DNA of 64,000 nucleotides from Nitrospirota bacterium (GTDB lineage: Bacteria > Nitrospirota > Nitrospiria > Nitrospirales > Nitrospiraceae). The position numbers and the translations under genes were made by a program. The stretch covers positions 128,001 through 192,000 of the forward strand of contig CAVPBK010000011.1 of the NCBI GenBank assembly GCA_963701855.1, given 5' to 3'. This document shows, one piece after another, positions 32,785-43,778 of the stretch (position 1 is the first letter of the stretch; each line of letters begins with the position of its first letter). Under the pieces are notes generated by a model, which was given only the letters and a program-made list of their open reading frames with translations, made no database searches and was not told the origin of the DNA.

Positions 32785-34089
32785 CTATGTTTCGTATTCT
32801 CCGCTCGCGACAATTCTCCCTGATTCAGATTGAGACCGTCGTGCAGGGACAACCGCCTCCAATCCTCGCTTTACGACGTTCCCTCCTATTCCCTTGGCAT
32901 CATAGAGGCCGCGATAGGCCGACTTGATCACCAGAGTCAGGGTCGCGCTGTCGGTCAGTTTTTCCCCCACACCGATACTCAGGGTGATCGGGAGTGCTCG
33001 GTCGCGTGATCCGGCTTCTTTGGTTCCTCGCTGTTCCCATACATGATTTGGCACTCGAAGGAACAGACTTATGGCTTCGACCGATTTCCTGACGATATCC
33101 AGCGTACCCATAGTGTCTGTGGCTGATTTACCAGGAAACAGCACGGTGAATTCTTCTCCGGTTGTACGAAAAATCTGCCCTTCAGAACACGCGGCCTGAA
33201 TTCTTGGTGCCGCCAGTTTCAAAATCTGCTCACTGACAGATTTCCCATGAATATTAGCGTACTGAGTCAACTGATCGATGCCGATGATTGCAATAGAAAA
33301 TCGTTTCCCGAGTTGCCCTATCGCTTCGTCATAGGCCAGACGGCCTGGAATACCTGTGAGTTCGTCGCGGTAGGTCTGCTGATAAAAAGATTGGAGCAAT
33401 GTGACGAAAAGGATCAGCTCTGCAGCCATGAAAAAATTTGTTGGTTGCCATCCGTAGCGACTCGTATGATAGGCCACGAAAACGGCACACAACGCCCAGA
33501 TTGCCCCTCCCTCTAGTGGGTTACGATGCAGAGTGAATCGTAGGACATGCAACAGACCTGCTATCGCAAATGCCACCAACGCTGGCTGTGGAACCGGCGT
33601 CCATTCCATGTACCGCGAGGGTATGTACTCCCGGGTGAATGAGGAGGCCAGGACTTGCTGGTCCGGAAGGCAGAGCCAGAGCAGCAGAAAGGGTTGGACC
33701 AACACGAGCACTACACGCGTTACGCCGCGGAGTGTCGAAAGGGAATCTTCTTTGAGTATGGAAAATGCCAAGAGGTTGAGAGGGACGAGAAAAGCGGTGA
33801 TGGCGACAATTGTCTGACTTGCGGCTTCCTGATCGCCCCCGTTGGTGGGAAGTAAAACCAGTGCTCGATCGGCGAGTGCCAGCACGAGCAGGGAGAGAAT
33901 CATGCGGCTGCTGGAAAAGTACCAGCCAAAGAAGAGCCCAAACGCAAGAACGATATACGGTAAGGCTGCAATCGGCTGTTGCAGCCACATTGGATGTCCC
34001 AGGGGGCGGAGAAATCCAATCGCAATGAGAAAAATCAGCCCTCCGGGGAAAAGAATAGTGAGAAAAGATTTCCAGAGCAGACCCATCAT
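32785..34089 (-). CDS. Membrane GGDEF-domain protein with degenerate active site
   Basis: Multi-TM N-terminus; RDELTGIPGR, FRTTGEEF, ITLSIG, LYDAKGIGGN. Confidence 0.85.
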   Translation of the reverse strand: MMGLLWKSFLTILFPGGLIFLIAIGFLRPLGHPMWLQQPIAALPYIVLAFGLFFGWYFSSSRMILSLLVLALADRALVLLPTNGGDQEAASQTIVAITAFLVPLNLLAFSILKEDSLSTLRGVTRVVLVLVQPFLLLWLCLPDQQVLASSFTREYIPSRYMEWTPVPQPALVAFAIAGLLHVLRFTLHRNPLEGGAIWALCAVFVAYHTSRYGWQPTNFFMAAELILFVTLLQSFYQQTYRDELTGIPGRLAYDEAIGQLGKRFSIAIIGIDQLTQYANIHGKSVSEQILKLAAPRIQAACSEGQIFRTTGEEFTVLFPGKSATDTMGTLDIVRKSVEAISLFLRVPNHVWEQRGTKEAGSRDRALPITLSIGVGEKLTDSATLTLVIKSAYRGLYDAKGIGGNVVKRGLEAVVPARRSQSESGRIVASGEYET

Positions 34090-34330
34090 AATTGCCCGCA
34101 CCCGTATAGAGTTGTCTAGCCTGGTGCCAGATCCATACCAGCCAGCCCAACCTAGGAAGCAGGCAATGGGCAGTAAAGAAGCCACTCCCCCTCTTAACTC
34201 ATAGTTTTTCTGGGAAAATCAGGCGTCCGACGGTTCCCCTATTAGGGAGCCATCAGAGTGCAGGCTAAGTCAGGGCCGTTTTTGAACAGTCTGATGAGGT
34301 TAGCAGGCAGGGCTAGTGAGAGATGACGCG

Positions 34331-35545
34331 TCAGTTTTCAGTTTTCGAGGGACGTCCCGAGGTCATTTGGAGGGCGCCAGAAGTCCGGTCGACGCCGATG
34401 GTGATTTCTCCATCTAATACTTGTAAGAGCAGATCACCGGCCAATTGTCGTCGCCAGCCATGAAGAATGGGCACATTGAGAGCTGTCCGATTCTTCTTCG
34501 CTTCCACAAGTGTTTGTAGATCTGCACTGGTGGCAAGCATTGTGGGGGCAATCCCTTCTTCTGCAGCACGGGTCTTCAGCACAGCTTGCAGGAGTTCGAC
34601 GATGCCGGTCGACTCAGGGTCTGGTTTCCGTTCGGAAGGGACTTCCGGCCATGCCGACGGCGGAAGCGCCAATGCCGAGGTGATGGTGGACAATAGTTGT
34701 CCACCGTGTCGATCAACCTCGGAGGAATGGACGCCACGGAGACCACGGAGATCGTTGATCGATTTGGGTGGATGGCGCGCGAGTTGAATAAGCACCTCGT
34801 CTCGCAGAACGCGTCCGCGCGGCACATTCCGGCGGCGAGCTTCCGCTTCTCGCCAGGCAGCCAATTCACGAAGCACCGCAGCTCCTTTGGGCTTCAGCGT
34901 GTCCCATCCACGAATTCGTTGGTAGCGTTCCTGCGGCTCTCGGCTTTTTTCTCCCACCGCCGTTTCGAGTCGTGCAAATTCCTCATTGACCCACTCTGAC
35001 CGGCCGAGCGTGTTCAGGCGATCCTGTAAATGCGTATGGATCGACAGGAGAAATTCGACATCTTCCAATGCGTACGCGATTTGGTCATCCGAAAGCGGTC
35101 GTGCACTCCAGTTGGTAAAGGTATGGGCTTTCGCCAGCTTCGTGCCGTGGAGTCGCTGAACTAAGTTCGCGTATGCGACTTGGGCGCCATACCCGACCAT
35201 GGCGGCAGCGATCTGGGTATCGAAAAACGGTTTCGGGATCTGTCCTGCATGTATGGCAAACAGATCCAGATCTTGCCGCCCGGCATGGACGATTTTTTCA
35301 ATCTTGCCATCACAGATGAGTTCCCAGAAGACATCGAGCGATCCGCCGGCCTGCACAGCAGGAAAATCGATAACGGCTGCGGTGGTGGCGGTGGCGACTT
35401 GGATCAATTCGAGCCGTGGAATAAAGGTGTCTTCTCCGACGAATTCTGTATCCAACGCCAGCCGTGGACTCTGTCGCAACGTGCGACAGAGGGATTCAAG
35501 CGCAGGCTGGTCGGTCACATACGGCAGAGGCGGATTGGGTGTCAT
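34331..35545 (-). CDS. rnd: Ribonuclease D
   Basis: ALDTEF, HAGRQD, FDTQIAA, NWSARPLS, YALEDV, HRDC domain. Confidence 0.93.
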   Translation of the reverse strand: MTPNPPLPYVTDQPALESLCRTLRQSPRLALDTEFVGEDTFIPRLELIQVATATTAAVIDFPAVQAGGSLDVFWELICDGKIEKIVHAGRQDLDLFAIHAGQIPKPFFDTQIAAAMVGYGAQVAYANLVQRLHGTKLAKAHTFTNWSARPLSDDQIAYALEDVEFLLSIHTHLQDRLNTLGRSEWVNEEFARLETAVGEKSREPQERYQRIRGWDTLKPKGAAVLRELAAWREAEARRRNVPRGRVLRDEVLIQLARHPPKSINDLRGLRGVHSSEVDRHGGQLLSTITSALALPPSAWPEVPSERKPDPESTGIVELLQAVLKTRAAEEGIAPTMLATSADLQTLVEAKKNRTALNVPILHGWRRQLAGDLLLQVLDGEITIGVDRTSGALQMTSGRPSKTEN

Positions 35546-35552
35546 CTATATC

Positions 35553-36185
35553 TCATTCTGTTGGACGGTAGGTGGCGTCCGGTGATCGCGGAGGCTCAAC
35601 ATTGCTGAGGCTCAAGTACTCCTTCAGATACTGATAGGCCTCTAACATGCGGCGCAGTTCCGGTTCGGCGCTGCGATCACCGTTATTCGAATCAGGATGG
35701 AGTTGCTTGGCTTTGTGACGAAATGAGGCTGTGACATCGGCGAGCGAACTTCCGAACTCTACGCCCATCGCGGCATAGGCGTCCATCGCATTGTTGATAC
35801 CGCTCGACCCTTGCGACAGATCGCCGCCTCCCCCGCCGGCGGCTTTCAACATATCGGCCAGGCTGATCTTCTTGCGCCGGCGCCGGGGGCGCTCTCGAAT
35901 TTCGCTGTCGAAATCATCCCATCGATCTTCGACAAACTCAAGACGGGATTCCAAGCGCATGGCGCCGGAGAGATCACGGATCTCTGCTATCTCCTCTTCA
36001 ATTTGAGCCAGCGACTTGATGACCTCCTCCAACCCCTGTTCAACCCGAAAGAAGCTGTCGACCCGCTCCTGCATCATCGTATCGACGGCGATCTCCAGAC
36101 TCTCTTCCGCTTTCGGACGCAACGAGTCGATGCGCCGTCTCATCCCGTTCTGAAACTTAATGAATTTGCTTTGTGAAAACGGCAT
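35553..36185 (-). CDS. C-terminal J-domain protein
   Basis: AKQLHPD motif. Confidence 0.85.
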   Translation of the reverse strand: MPFSQSKFIKFQNGMRRRIDSLRPKAEESLEIAVDTMMQERVDSFFRVEQGLEEVIKSLAQIEEEIAEIRDLSGAMRLESRLEFVEDRWDDFDSEIRERPRRRRKKISLADMLKAAGGGGGDLSQGSSGINNAMDAYAAMGVEFGSSLADVTASFRHKAKQLHPDSNNGDRSAEPELRRMLEAYQYLKEYLSLSNVEPPRSPDATYRPTE

Positions 36186-36237
36186 ATCAACCAGGCTCTC
36201 TCCCAGCAGGCTGCGGAAAAACCAGGAAAATATTTAC

Positions 36238-36390
36238 GCAGGATGCTCAAAAAGGCTGTTCAGCAAGGCCGCAGCTTCTGAGATAGGCTGAGGTTAAGGT
36301 CAAGGTTTAGCGAAAATCAGACTCTCTTTTTCTCAACCTTAGCCTGAACCTCAACCTTCTTTGTGCTGGCGGACTTTTTCAGCATCCTGC
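36238..36390. mobile_element. MITE-like element carrying an internal AGGTTR hexamer palindrome
   Basis: TIRs GCAGGATGCTcAAAAAG / CTTTTTcAGCATCCTGC followed by TA; internal 98 bp recur inverted at 55074-55171. Confidence 0.75.
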
Positions 36391-36467
36391 TAGGGCGCGC
36401 ATTGTAGCACAGCTCGGTCGCGTGCCAGAAGGGCAATGGAAACAGCTGGATCATGTGGGTTGAATGG

Positions 36468-37910
36468 TCAGCGTGACGCGAAATCGTCGCTGAGTTTAGT
36501 GCGGCGTCGGGCCACACCCGTTTCACGTGCGGCTGCCGCCACAGCTTTTGCCACGCGCGGGACGACTTCCTTGTCGAACACGCTCGGAACAATGTAGTCC
36601 TCGCTGAGAGCCCCAGGGGGAATGGTCTCAGCCAGGGCCTTGGCCGCAGCCAATTTCATGGCTTCGTTGATATCGCGCGCCTGTACATCCAGCGCACCCC
36701 GAAAGATGCCGGGGAAAGCGAGCGCGTTGTTGATCTGATTCGGATAATCTGAACGTCCGGTCGCAAAAATCCGGCAGTGGGAAGCGGCTAATTCACGAGG
36801 GACTTCAGGGTCGGGATTGGCCATGGCAAAAACGATGCGATCAGCCGCCATCAGATCCAAATCTTCCGCCGTGAGGATATTGCCGACGGATAATCCGATA
36901 AAGACATCAGCCCCCTTGAGCGCGTCTTGGAGCGTCCCTTGTGGACGGTCTGGGGTCATGCAGGAGGTGAGATCCGTCCGGCAGGCCCGCAACTGCTGAC
37001 CATCTCCTCGTAAAACGATACCGTGCGGTTCGCATCCGATCAGGTGAGAGAGGCCGGCGGCGAGCAGCATCCTGCAGCAGGCAGTTCCAGCTGCGCCGAG
37101 ACCATTGACGACCACGCGGATCTCCTCTATCCGTTTCCCTGTGACGGTGAGCGCATTCGTCAAGGCAGCGAGGATGACCACCGCTGTGCCATGCTGATCA
37201 TCATGCATGACCGGAATATCCAGGGTGCTTTTTAAGCGGCGTTCGATTTCGAAACAGCGCGGCGAACTGATGTCTTCCAAATTGACGGCGCCGAATCCCG
37301 GAGCAATGGCCTGAACTGTGCGAACAATTTCGTCAGGATCTTGCGTGTCGAGGCAGATCGGCCATGCGTCGATTCCCGCAAATTCTTTGAACAGCATGGC
37401 TTTGCCTTCCATCACGGGTAATGCGGCTTCCGGGCCAAGATTGCCGAGGCCCAGCACCGCAGATCCGTCGGTGACCACGGCAACCGTGTTGCCCTTTCCG
37501 GTAAAGGCATAGGCTTTGGTTTTGTCCTTCGCGATTGCTTGCGAAACCCGGCCGACTCCTGGCGTATAGACCATCGACAACACGTTTCTAGTGGTAATGG
37601 GTAACTTGCCTTGGACGCGAATCTTTCCGCCGAGATGCAGAAGAAAAATCCGGTCGGAGGCCGAGAGTACTTTCACGTCCGGCAGCGCCCTGATCCGAGC
37701 AAGCACCTGTTCTCCATGCGCTTCGCTCCGGACGTCGAAGGTCACGTCTGGCACCATATAGTTGGCCGTTGCAGAGACGATATCTACCGCGCCCAAGTTG
37801 GCGCCTTCCTCGGCCAGGACGGCTGCCACCTTTGCGAACATGCCCGGTGTGTTGGCAAGTTCGAGGCGAACGGTCAAGCGGTAATTGGAGTAGGGTTCAA
37901 TGTCAGTCAT
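36468..37910 (-). CDS. NAD(P)-dependent malic enzyme with N-terminal ACT domain
   Basis: [37 protein letters not shown]. Confidence 0.93.
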   Translation of the reverse strand: MTDIEPYSNYRLTVRLELANTPGMFAKVAAVLAEEGANLGAVDIVSATANYMVPDVTFDVRSEAHGEQVLARIRALPDVKVLSASDRIFLLHLGGKIRVQGKLPITTRNVLSMVYTPGVGRVSQAIAKDKTKAYAFTGKGNTVAVVTDGSAVLGLGNLGPEAALPVMEGKAMLFKEFAGIDAWPICLDTQDPDEIVRTVQAIAPGFGAVNLEDISSPRCFEIERRLKSTLDIPVMHDDQHGTAVVILAALTNALTVTGKRIEEIRVVVNGLGAAGTACCRMLLAAGLSHLIGCEPHGIVLRGDGQQLRACRTDLTSCMTPDRPQGTLQDALKGADVFIGLSVGNILTAEDLDLMAADRIVFAMANPDPEVPRELAASHCRIFATGRSDYPNQINNALAFPGIFRGALDVQARDINEAMKLAAAKALAETIPPGALSEDYIVPSVFDKEVVPRVAKAVAAAARETGVARRRTKLSDDFASR

Positions 37911-38278
37911 GGTCGGCCCTTCATTTCATTCAAGATTACCATAAACCTGGTCACGGACCAGAGCTGATTGAGTATTAGGTATGGGTAAGTTTGAATTCAG
38001 CTATGCCCTCGCATGTAAATTTTATGATGGATTTTCCGGGTCACGAACTTCATTGAAAGGTGATCACTATTGACCACTTTCTGTTTGGCGAAAATGCTAC
38101 GGTGCTAGGTCGAATCGACTCCCTGCCGTGCATGACAATTCTATTCAGGCAGAAGAGAACGAAAAATGAACGTTTGACAGCAGGACGCTATTTTCAGTAG
38201 CGTACTTCCCGTCAGTGCTGCGTGAATGGGCAACCGCCAACTTAACAATCACAGTATAAGTAAAGGGGGTGACACATT

Positions 38279-38509
38279 ATGAAGAGCATCTTGATGGCAA
38301 TCATGGCAGTGGCAGTGGCAGTGACCTTCAGCGCTCCTGCTTTCGCCGGCGAAGAGGGCAAGGATAAGAAGGACGAGAAGAAGGGCGGCCACGTCCTCGT
38401 GTACGGTGACGACAAGAAGGACGAGAAGAAGGACGAGAAGAAGGGTGGCTACGTCGGTACGTTCGGCGATGAGAAGAAGGGCGAGAAGAAGGACGAGAAG
38501 GGCAAGTAA
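38279..38509 (+). CDS. Small secreted Lys/Asp/Glu-rich repeat protein
   Basis: Signal peptide ending AFA, three KKDEK(KGG) blocks, own TTGACA promoter element and terminator. Confidence 0.8.
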   Translation: MKSILMAIMAVAVAVTFSAPAFAGEEGKDKKDEKKGGHVLVYGDDKKDEKKDEKKGGYVGTFGDEKKGEKKDEKGK

Positions 38510-38562
38510 GCGCGACGGAAGTCGTTTGTCTGATCAGGCAAGCCTAACTTGAATGATTCTGT

Positions 38563-38600
38563 AGAGGTCTGCGATCTCACGATCGCAGACCTCTTTCCTT
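38563..38600 (+). terminator. Intrinsic terminator
   Basis: 14-bp perfect stem agaggtctgcgatc/gatcgcagacctct followed by a T-rich tail. Confidence 0.75.
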
Positions 38601-38644
38601 ATCCGCTCATTGACCCCTCTCCGGCCTCGATGCTACCGTGAGCC

Positions 38645-41600
38645 ATGCGCACACCACCAGACTCAGCAAAATCCAATCGCCTCATCCACGAAACCAGTCC
38701 CTATCTCCTCCAACATGCCGCAAACCCAGTCGACTGGTACCCTTGGGGACCGGAAGCTTTGCAAGCGGCAAAAACGCAGAACCGCCCCATCCTGCTTTCG
38801 ATCGGCTATTCCGCCTGTCACTGGTGTCATGTGATGGAGCGAGAGTCGTTCGAAAACGAGACCATTGCGGCTATCATGAACCGGCATTTTGTCTGTATCA
38901 AAGTCGATCGGGAAGAGCGCCCCGATCTTGACGAGATCTATATGCAGGCCACGGTCACCCTCAATCAAGGCCAGGGTGGATGGCCGATGACGGTCTTTCT
39001 GACGCCGGACCAGGAGCCGTTCTTTGCCGGTACCTATTTCCCTCCTGATGATCGATGGGGCCGTCCTGGGTTCCCCAGTCTACTCACGAAAATCGCAGAT
39101 GCGTGGGAACAGGATGCCGCCGGTCTCACGAGCCAAGCGCGTCAATTGACTGAACGGTTGAAGAACGAACTCAAAACGGTGTCCCCCGTTTCAGTGAGTG
39201 CCTCCGTGCTTGATGAGGCTGTGACCCAGTTTCGCGAAAATTTTGATGAACGCCACGGTGGATTCGGCACTGCGCCGAAATTTCCCCCCTCCGCAGGGCT
39301 TTCATTGCTTCTCCGTTGTTACCGTCGAACAGGAGAGAACCGAACCTTGCAGATGGTCACCCGCACGCTCGATGCCATGGCGGCCGGGGGGATCTATGAT
39401 CATATCGGCGGCGGGTTTGCGCGGTACTCCACCGATGAGCGATGGCTGGTTCCCCATTTCGAAAAGATGCTCTACGACAATGCCCTCTTGGCCCGGACCT
39501 ACCTGGAAGCCTATCAGGTGACCAAGCAGACCTCCTATCGCCAGGTCACGACGGAAGTGATTGACTATATTCTCCGGGAGATGACCGATCCTGCAGGAGG
39601 ATTTTATTCTGCGACGGATGCGGACTCGGAAGGGGTCGAAGGAAAGTTTTTCGTCTGGACGCCGGCGGAGGTCCAGGCCGTACTCCAGAATGCCGAAGAT
39701 ACCCGCCGGTTCTGTGCCTGCTACGATATTTCCGACCCGGGAAATTGGGAGCATCGGAGTATCCCCAATCGACTGCGTCCCATCGAGGCCGTGATCAAGG
39801 AATTGAACCTCACCATCGATGAGCTCAGCGAAACGGTTCAACGCGTGCGCCTCCTCCTCTATCGAGCCCGCCAAGAGCGAGTTCCGCCAGGGCTCGACGA
39901 CAAAATCATCACGGCCTGGAACGGCATGATGATCTCGACGATGGCCGAGTCAGGTCGTGTATTAGGAGTCAGCCGCTACATCGACGGGGCCATCAAAGCG
40001 GCAGATTTTCTCTTGCTGGTGCACAGAACTGCCAATGGAACATTGCTCCGTACCTCACGGCAGGGCCGAGCCCATCTCGACGGGGTATTGGAGGATTATG
40101 CCTATCTGGCAGAAGGATTGATCGACCTCTATGAAGCCTGTGGACAGGAACGATATCTCACAACCGCGCTTCAATTGGGAGAGCGGATGATGGATTCGTT
40201 CCAGGACAAGGATCAGGGAGGATTCTATACGACTGCGACGGCACACGAAACGCTGATTATGCGAGCGCGTGAAGGGGCGGATGGCGCGACACCTAGTGGG
40301 AACGCCGTGGCAGTCTCAGCCCTGGCCAGGCTCTCCTTCCATTACGATCGCCAGGATCTGCGCGAGGCGGCGATCGGCGGGATTCGCGCCTATGGCCGCC
40401 AGATAGCCAGGTATCCGAGAGCCTTTGCCAAGAGTCTTACCGTGGTGGATCTCCTGGCGGAAGGGCCGATTGAATTGGCTTTCGTCGGTGCGCCCAACGA
40501 CCCAGGGTTGGAGGCCCTGAAGCTCGCGGTGCGCGAGGTGTTCCTCCCGCATCGTGTGATTGCCTCCGGAGATGGAACAGGTACGCCATCCGGTCATCCT
40601 TTGCTGGCCGGCAGGGGGTTGGTTGAGGGGAAGGCGGCACTCTATATCTGTCGAGACTTTTCCTGTCAGCGCCCCATCACTGATCCCCAGGAAGTCACCG
40701 AGGCATTGCAGTCGGCGTCTCAACGAACGAATCAGCCGACTCAACAGACACTCTTGCAAGGATCGGCGCTCCCTGGGTCGGCCAGCCCCGAAGGGACAGC
40801 CAGGTATGCCGCGCGTATTATGAGTCAGTCATCCCATGACAGCCACATGGAACGTGGGTATGGCCGATTCGGCAACAGGGGGCTGACAACGTCCCGATTG
40901 GGGTTCGGTACCTATCGGGTCGATACGAGGGAGCCGGAGCATCGAGACGCATTCAAGAAGGCTTTGCGAGAAGGTGTGAATCTCATCGACACGTCCACGA
41001 ATTACATGGACGGCGACAGTGAACGTCTGGTCGGCTCTGTGTTACGCGAGTTGATCAAGGACGGTGATCTGGCTCGTGAAGAGGTCATCGTCGTCTCGAA
41101 GATCGGCTATGTGCAAGGGGAGAACTTGAAACAGGCGGAGGCACGGGAGCAGGCCGGGCGCCCCTATCCCGACATGGTCAAGTACGGTGAGGGCATCTGG
41201 CATTGTATTCACCCGGAGTACCTGGCTGATCAACTCTCACTGTCACTGGATCGACTTGGATTGGCCACACTCGATGTCTGTTTGCTGCACAATCCAGAAT
41301 ACTTTCTGTCTGAGGCCGCGCATCATTCAGATGGAAATCTTGAGGTGGCGCGAGACGCTTTTTATCGCCGAATTGAACAGGCATTTACCTTTTTCGAATC
41401 GCAAGTGTCGGCAGGACGAATTCGTTACTATGGCGTGTCGTCGAATACGGTCACGGCAGCTCCCTCGGATGCCGAGGCGACCTCGCTCTCTCGGATGTGC
41501 GATGCAGCTCGAATCGCCGCTGCGTCACAAGGCATGGAGCAGCACCACTTTGCGGTGCTGCAATGCCCCATGAATCTGTATGAGACAGGTGCGCTGGTGA

Positions 41601-42325
41601 TGCCCAATACCGGCGCGGATCAGCACGAGACGGTGTTGGAGGTAGCGCAACGAGAAGGGATTGCCGTACTGGTCAATCGTCCGCTCAATGCCATGCCGAC
41701 GAAAAAGAGCGGCGTGGTTCGATTGGCAGATTTTCCGCTCGAAGGCGATCCGGTGGACTTCGATCGACAGTGTCAAATAGTCGCGGCACTTGAGGAAGAG
41801 TATCGCAAGGCCATCGCTCCGGCCCTTCAACATAGTGGTCAAGGGATGGCTCCGGCTGACTTCTTCACCTGGGCCGTTGAGTTGACGCGCGTGAGGCCTC
41901 AGATCCAAGGCCTGGAGCATTGGGAACAGATCGAGCATCAGATGATCGCGCCGCATGTCAATCAAGTGATGCAGGCGCTGACACGGCATTTGACTGGAAA
42001 GGCCGCCGAGCAGTGGGAGTCCTGGCGCGATCGCTATGTGCCGCAGTTACTCACCCTCTTAGGCGGGCTCCGTAGAGAGGCCACTGAACGGAGTCGTGCC
42101 AAAACCGCCGCGGTATCGGCAATTCTCGACCCCCTGTTACCCGAAGCAAGGCGCAGAGAATCGCTGTCACGAAAGGCATTATGGGTGCTGGCGAGCACCC
42201 CGGGGGTGACATGTGTGTTGAATGGCATGCGTTCTCCGGCCTATGCCGACGATTCGCTTGCCGTCATGGGGTGGGAACCGCTGACGGGAGTCAGACAGAT
42301 CTTCAAAGGCATGGCACAGGCCTGA
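38645..42325 (+). CDS. DUF255/YyaL (SPATA20-like) thioredoxin-domain protein fused to an aldo/keto reductase-like domain
   Basis: [33 protein letters not shown]; then LGFGTYR, IDTSTNY, LLHNPE, GVSSN. Confidence 0.9.
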   Translation: MRTPPDSAKSNRLIHETSPYLLQHAANPVDWYPWGPEALQAAKTQNRPILLSIGYSACHWCHVMERESFENETIAAIMNRHFVCIKVDREERPDLDEIYMQATVTLNQGQGGWPMTVFLTPDQEPFFAGTYFPPDDRWGRPGFPSLLTKIADAWEQDAAGLTSQARQLTERLKNELKTVSPVSVSASVLDEAVTQFRENFDERHGGFGTAPKFPPSAGLSLLLRCYRRTGENRTLQMVTRTLDAMAAGGIYDHIGGGFARYSTDERWLVPHFEKMLYDNALLARTYLEAYQVTKQTSYRQVTTEVIDYILREMTDPAGGFYSATDADSEGVEGKFFVWTPAEVQAVLQNAEDTRRFCACYDISDPGNWEHRSIPNRLRPIEAVIKELNLTIDELSETVQRVRLLLYRARQERVPPGLDDKIITAWNGMMISTMAESGRVLGVSRYIDGAIKAADFLLLVHRTANGTLLRTSRQGRAHLDGVLEDYAYLAEGLIDLYEACGQERYLTTALQLGERMMDSFQDKDQGGFYTTATAHETLIMRAREGADGATPSGNAVAVSALARLSFHYDRQDLREAAIGGIRAYGRQIARYPRAFAKSLTVVDLLAEGPIELAFVGAPNDPGLEALKLAVREVFLPHRVIASGDGTGTPSGHPLLAGRGLVEGKAALYICRDFSCQRPITDPQEVTEALQSASQRTNQPTQQTLLQGSALPGSASPEGTARYAARIMSQSSHDSHMERGYGRFGNRGLTTSRLGFGTYRVDTREPEHRDAFKKALREGVNLIDTSTNYMDGDSERLVGSVLRELIKDGDLAREEVIVVSKIGYVQGENLKQAEAREQAGRPYPDMVKYGEGIWHCIHPEYLADQLSLSLDRLGLATLDVCLLHNPEYFLSEAAHHSDGNLEVARDAFYRRIEQAFTFFESQVSAGRIRYYGVSSNTVTAAPSDAEATSLSRMCDAARIAAASQGMEQHHFAVLQCPMNLYETGALVMPNTGADQHETVLEVAQREGIAVLVNRPLNAMPTKKSGVVRLADFPLEGDPVDFDRQCQIVAALEEEYRKAIAPALQHSGQGMAPADFFTWAVELTRVRPQIQGLEHWEQIEHQMIAPHVNQVMQALTRHLTGKAAEQWESWRDRYVPQLLTLLGGLRREATERSRAKTAAVSAILDPLLPEARRRESLSRKALWVLASTPGVTCVLNGMRSPAYADDSLAVMGWEPLTGVRQIFKGMAQA

Positions 42326-42327
42326 GG

Positions 42328-42690
42328 AAGGTTGAGGTTGGAGGTTGGAGGTTGGAAGGCAGTCATTGAAAGCTGATGGCTGAGAGCGAATGGTGGGGTT
42401 GGAGGCGGGAAGGTTGGAGGTTGGAGGTATGAGGCCAGATTATAGAAATCAGGAGCCGCTCCCCTCCCCATTCGCTGTGAGCTTTCAGCGATCAGCTTCC
42501 AGCCTCAGCCTTCTCCACCCTCCAACTTCCACCCTTCCCAGAAGGTTCAGGTCAAGGTTAAGGTCAAGCTCGGAAATGACGAGTCGGCCTTCCCCAACAT
42601 CTCTTCAGCCCCCTCAACCTCGGCCTCAGCCTCTCGTCAGGCCTCAAACCTCCACCCTCTACCCTCCAACCTTCCTACCTCTAACCTTCC
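42328..42690. repeat. Nested inverted simple-repeat array, left flank of vapBC
   Basis: AGGTTG, AGGTTGG and GCTGA-type units followed by their reverse complements. Confidence 0.8.
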
Positions 42691-42709
42691 CGCCTGCAAC
42701 CCCACATGC

Positions 42710-43123
42710 TCAGGTTACACGGAGGTACTGGGTCCAATCGAGGGTTTGCAATCGGAGAATCGGCTTCATCGCCTCGAAGTCGGAATCGCAGTGAATCAAG
42801 GTAACCTGGTGCTTCATCGCGATCGTGGCGATTAGACAATCCGCTGCCGAAGGAGACACCCCCTGTCTTCTGAGACGTCCCGCTAAGTCCCATGCGCTGT
42901 CCCACCACTCCAGGTTGAACGGGAGCCGGGACACCGGCGTAAACCACTGGAGGAGACTGGAGGGCTGCTCGGACTTGACTAGCCCCGTCATCAGTTCAAG
43001 AAGAATCCACTCCGTGATAGACGTCTGTCCATTGATGATCAAGGGCTTGAGTCTGGCTTGGATCTCGGCATTTCCAGACGGACGAAGTGCATGGATCCAG
43101 ACGGAGGTGTCAACGAGATACAT
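42710..43123 (-). CDS. vapC: VapC PIN-domain toxin
   Basis: YLVDTSVWI, LLEL, ADCLIA, HCDSDFE. Confidence 0.92.
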   Translation of the reverse strand: MYLVDTSVWIHALRPSGNAEIQARLKPLIINGQTSITEWILLELMTGLVKSEQPSSLLQWFTPVSRLPFNLEWWDSAWDLAGRLRRQGVSPSAADCLIATIAMKHQVTLIHCDSDFEAMKPILRLQTLDWTQYLRVT

Positions 43124-43331
43124 GGGAGCGCCGTTTGTGCCGCTGGGAGCGGAGCTGGCCAGGCGTCAGATCGAGAGGAATTGTGCCCAGCGCATTAGCC
43201 AATTTTTCTAACTGGCTACGCTGAATGACGGTGCGCAGGCTCGCCTCCACTGTGCCTTTAATCGTGTCTGTACCCAGCGTCTTCTGCGCTTGGCGCAAGA
43301 GTTGCTGATCGATCTCAATCGTGGTCTTCAT
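43110..43331 (-). CDS. vapB: VapB antitoxin
   Basis: MKTTIEIDQQLLRQAQKTLGTDTIKGTVEASL RHH-type N-terminus; overlaps vapC. Confidence 0.88.
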   Translation of the reverse strand: MKTTIEIDQQLLRQAQKTLGTDTIKGTVEASLRTVIQRSQLEKLANALGTIPLDLTPGQLRSQRHKRRSHVSR

Positions 43332-43353
43332 GGTGTCGTCCCCTGATCTCAGG

Positions 43354-43399
43354 CAATTGATACCCATACGATAACCTGTATCTATATGGGTGTCAATTG
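43354..43399 (-). promoter_or_regulatory. vapBC promoter with autoregulatory operator
   Basis: TTGACA-N17-TATCGT overlapped by a 15-bp inverted repeat CAATTGAtACCCATA / TATGGGTgTCAATTG. Confidence 0.75.
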
Positions 43400-43419
43400 A
43401 AGAATCGCCCATATCTGAA

Positions 43420-43668
43420 GGCAGAGGGTGGAGGCGGGAAGAGAGGTTGGAGGTTGGAGGCAGGGGGAAGTTTGAGGGTAGAGGCATGCGGTTAGAGGCT
43501 TCGGGTTTCGATCCGGCCTCAGGCCTCGCGCCTCAAACCTCATACCTCCAACCTCAAACGATCTGTCCCTCAACCTGAACCTTCTGAACCTTCCGCTCGG
43601 CCTCAGGCCTCTCACCTCGAACCTCCAACCTCAAACGATCTGCCATCAACCTTAACCTCGACCTCTTT
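43420..43668. repeat. Nested inverted simple-repeat array, right flank of vapBC
   Basis: GAGGTTG-type units then CCTCCAA/CAACCT units. Confidence 0.8.
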
Positions 43669-43691
43669 CCTGAGGCCACTTCTGTTGACCA

Positions 43692-43778
43692 TCCATTCAA
43701 ACGGATACGTTCGGGGTGTTGGTTGTGCAAGACCTCTATGGTGTCGCCGTCGATCACGCCGACAACTTTGCCAATAAT
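43692..43778 (-). pseudogene. Thermonuclease (SNase) N-terminal fragment
   Basis: GKVVGVIDGDTIEVLHNQHPERIRLNG, then lost next to the repeat array. Confidence 0.75.

Noticed and set aside
38816..38832. CHWCH as a heme c attachment site
   Set aside because: It is the conserved thioredoxin-like CxxC of the DUF255/YyaL family in a protein without a signal peptide.
42328..43668. Repeat arrays as CRISPR, and the ORFs called across them
   Set aside because: Units are 6-7 bp and degenerate with no unique spacers or cas genes; ORFs such as 42390..42794 and 29541..30104 are low-complexity read-throughs.
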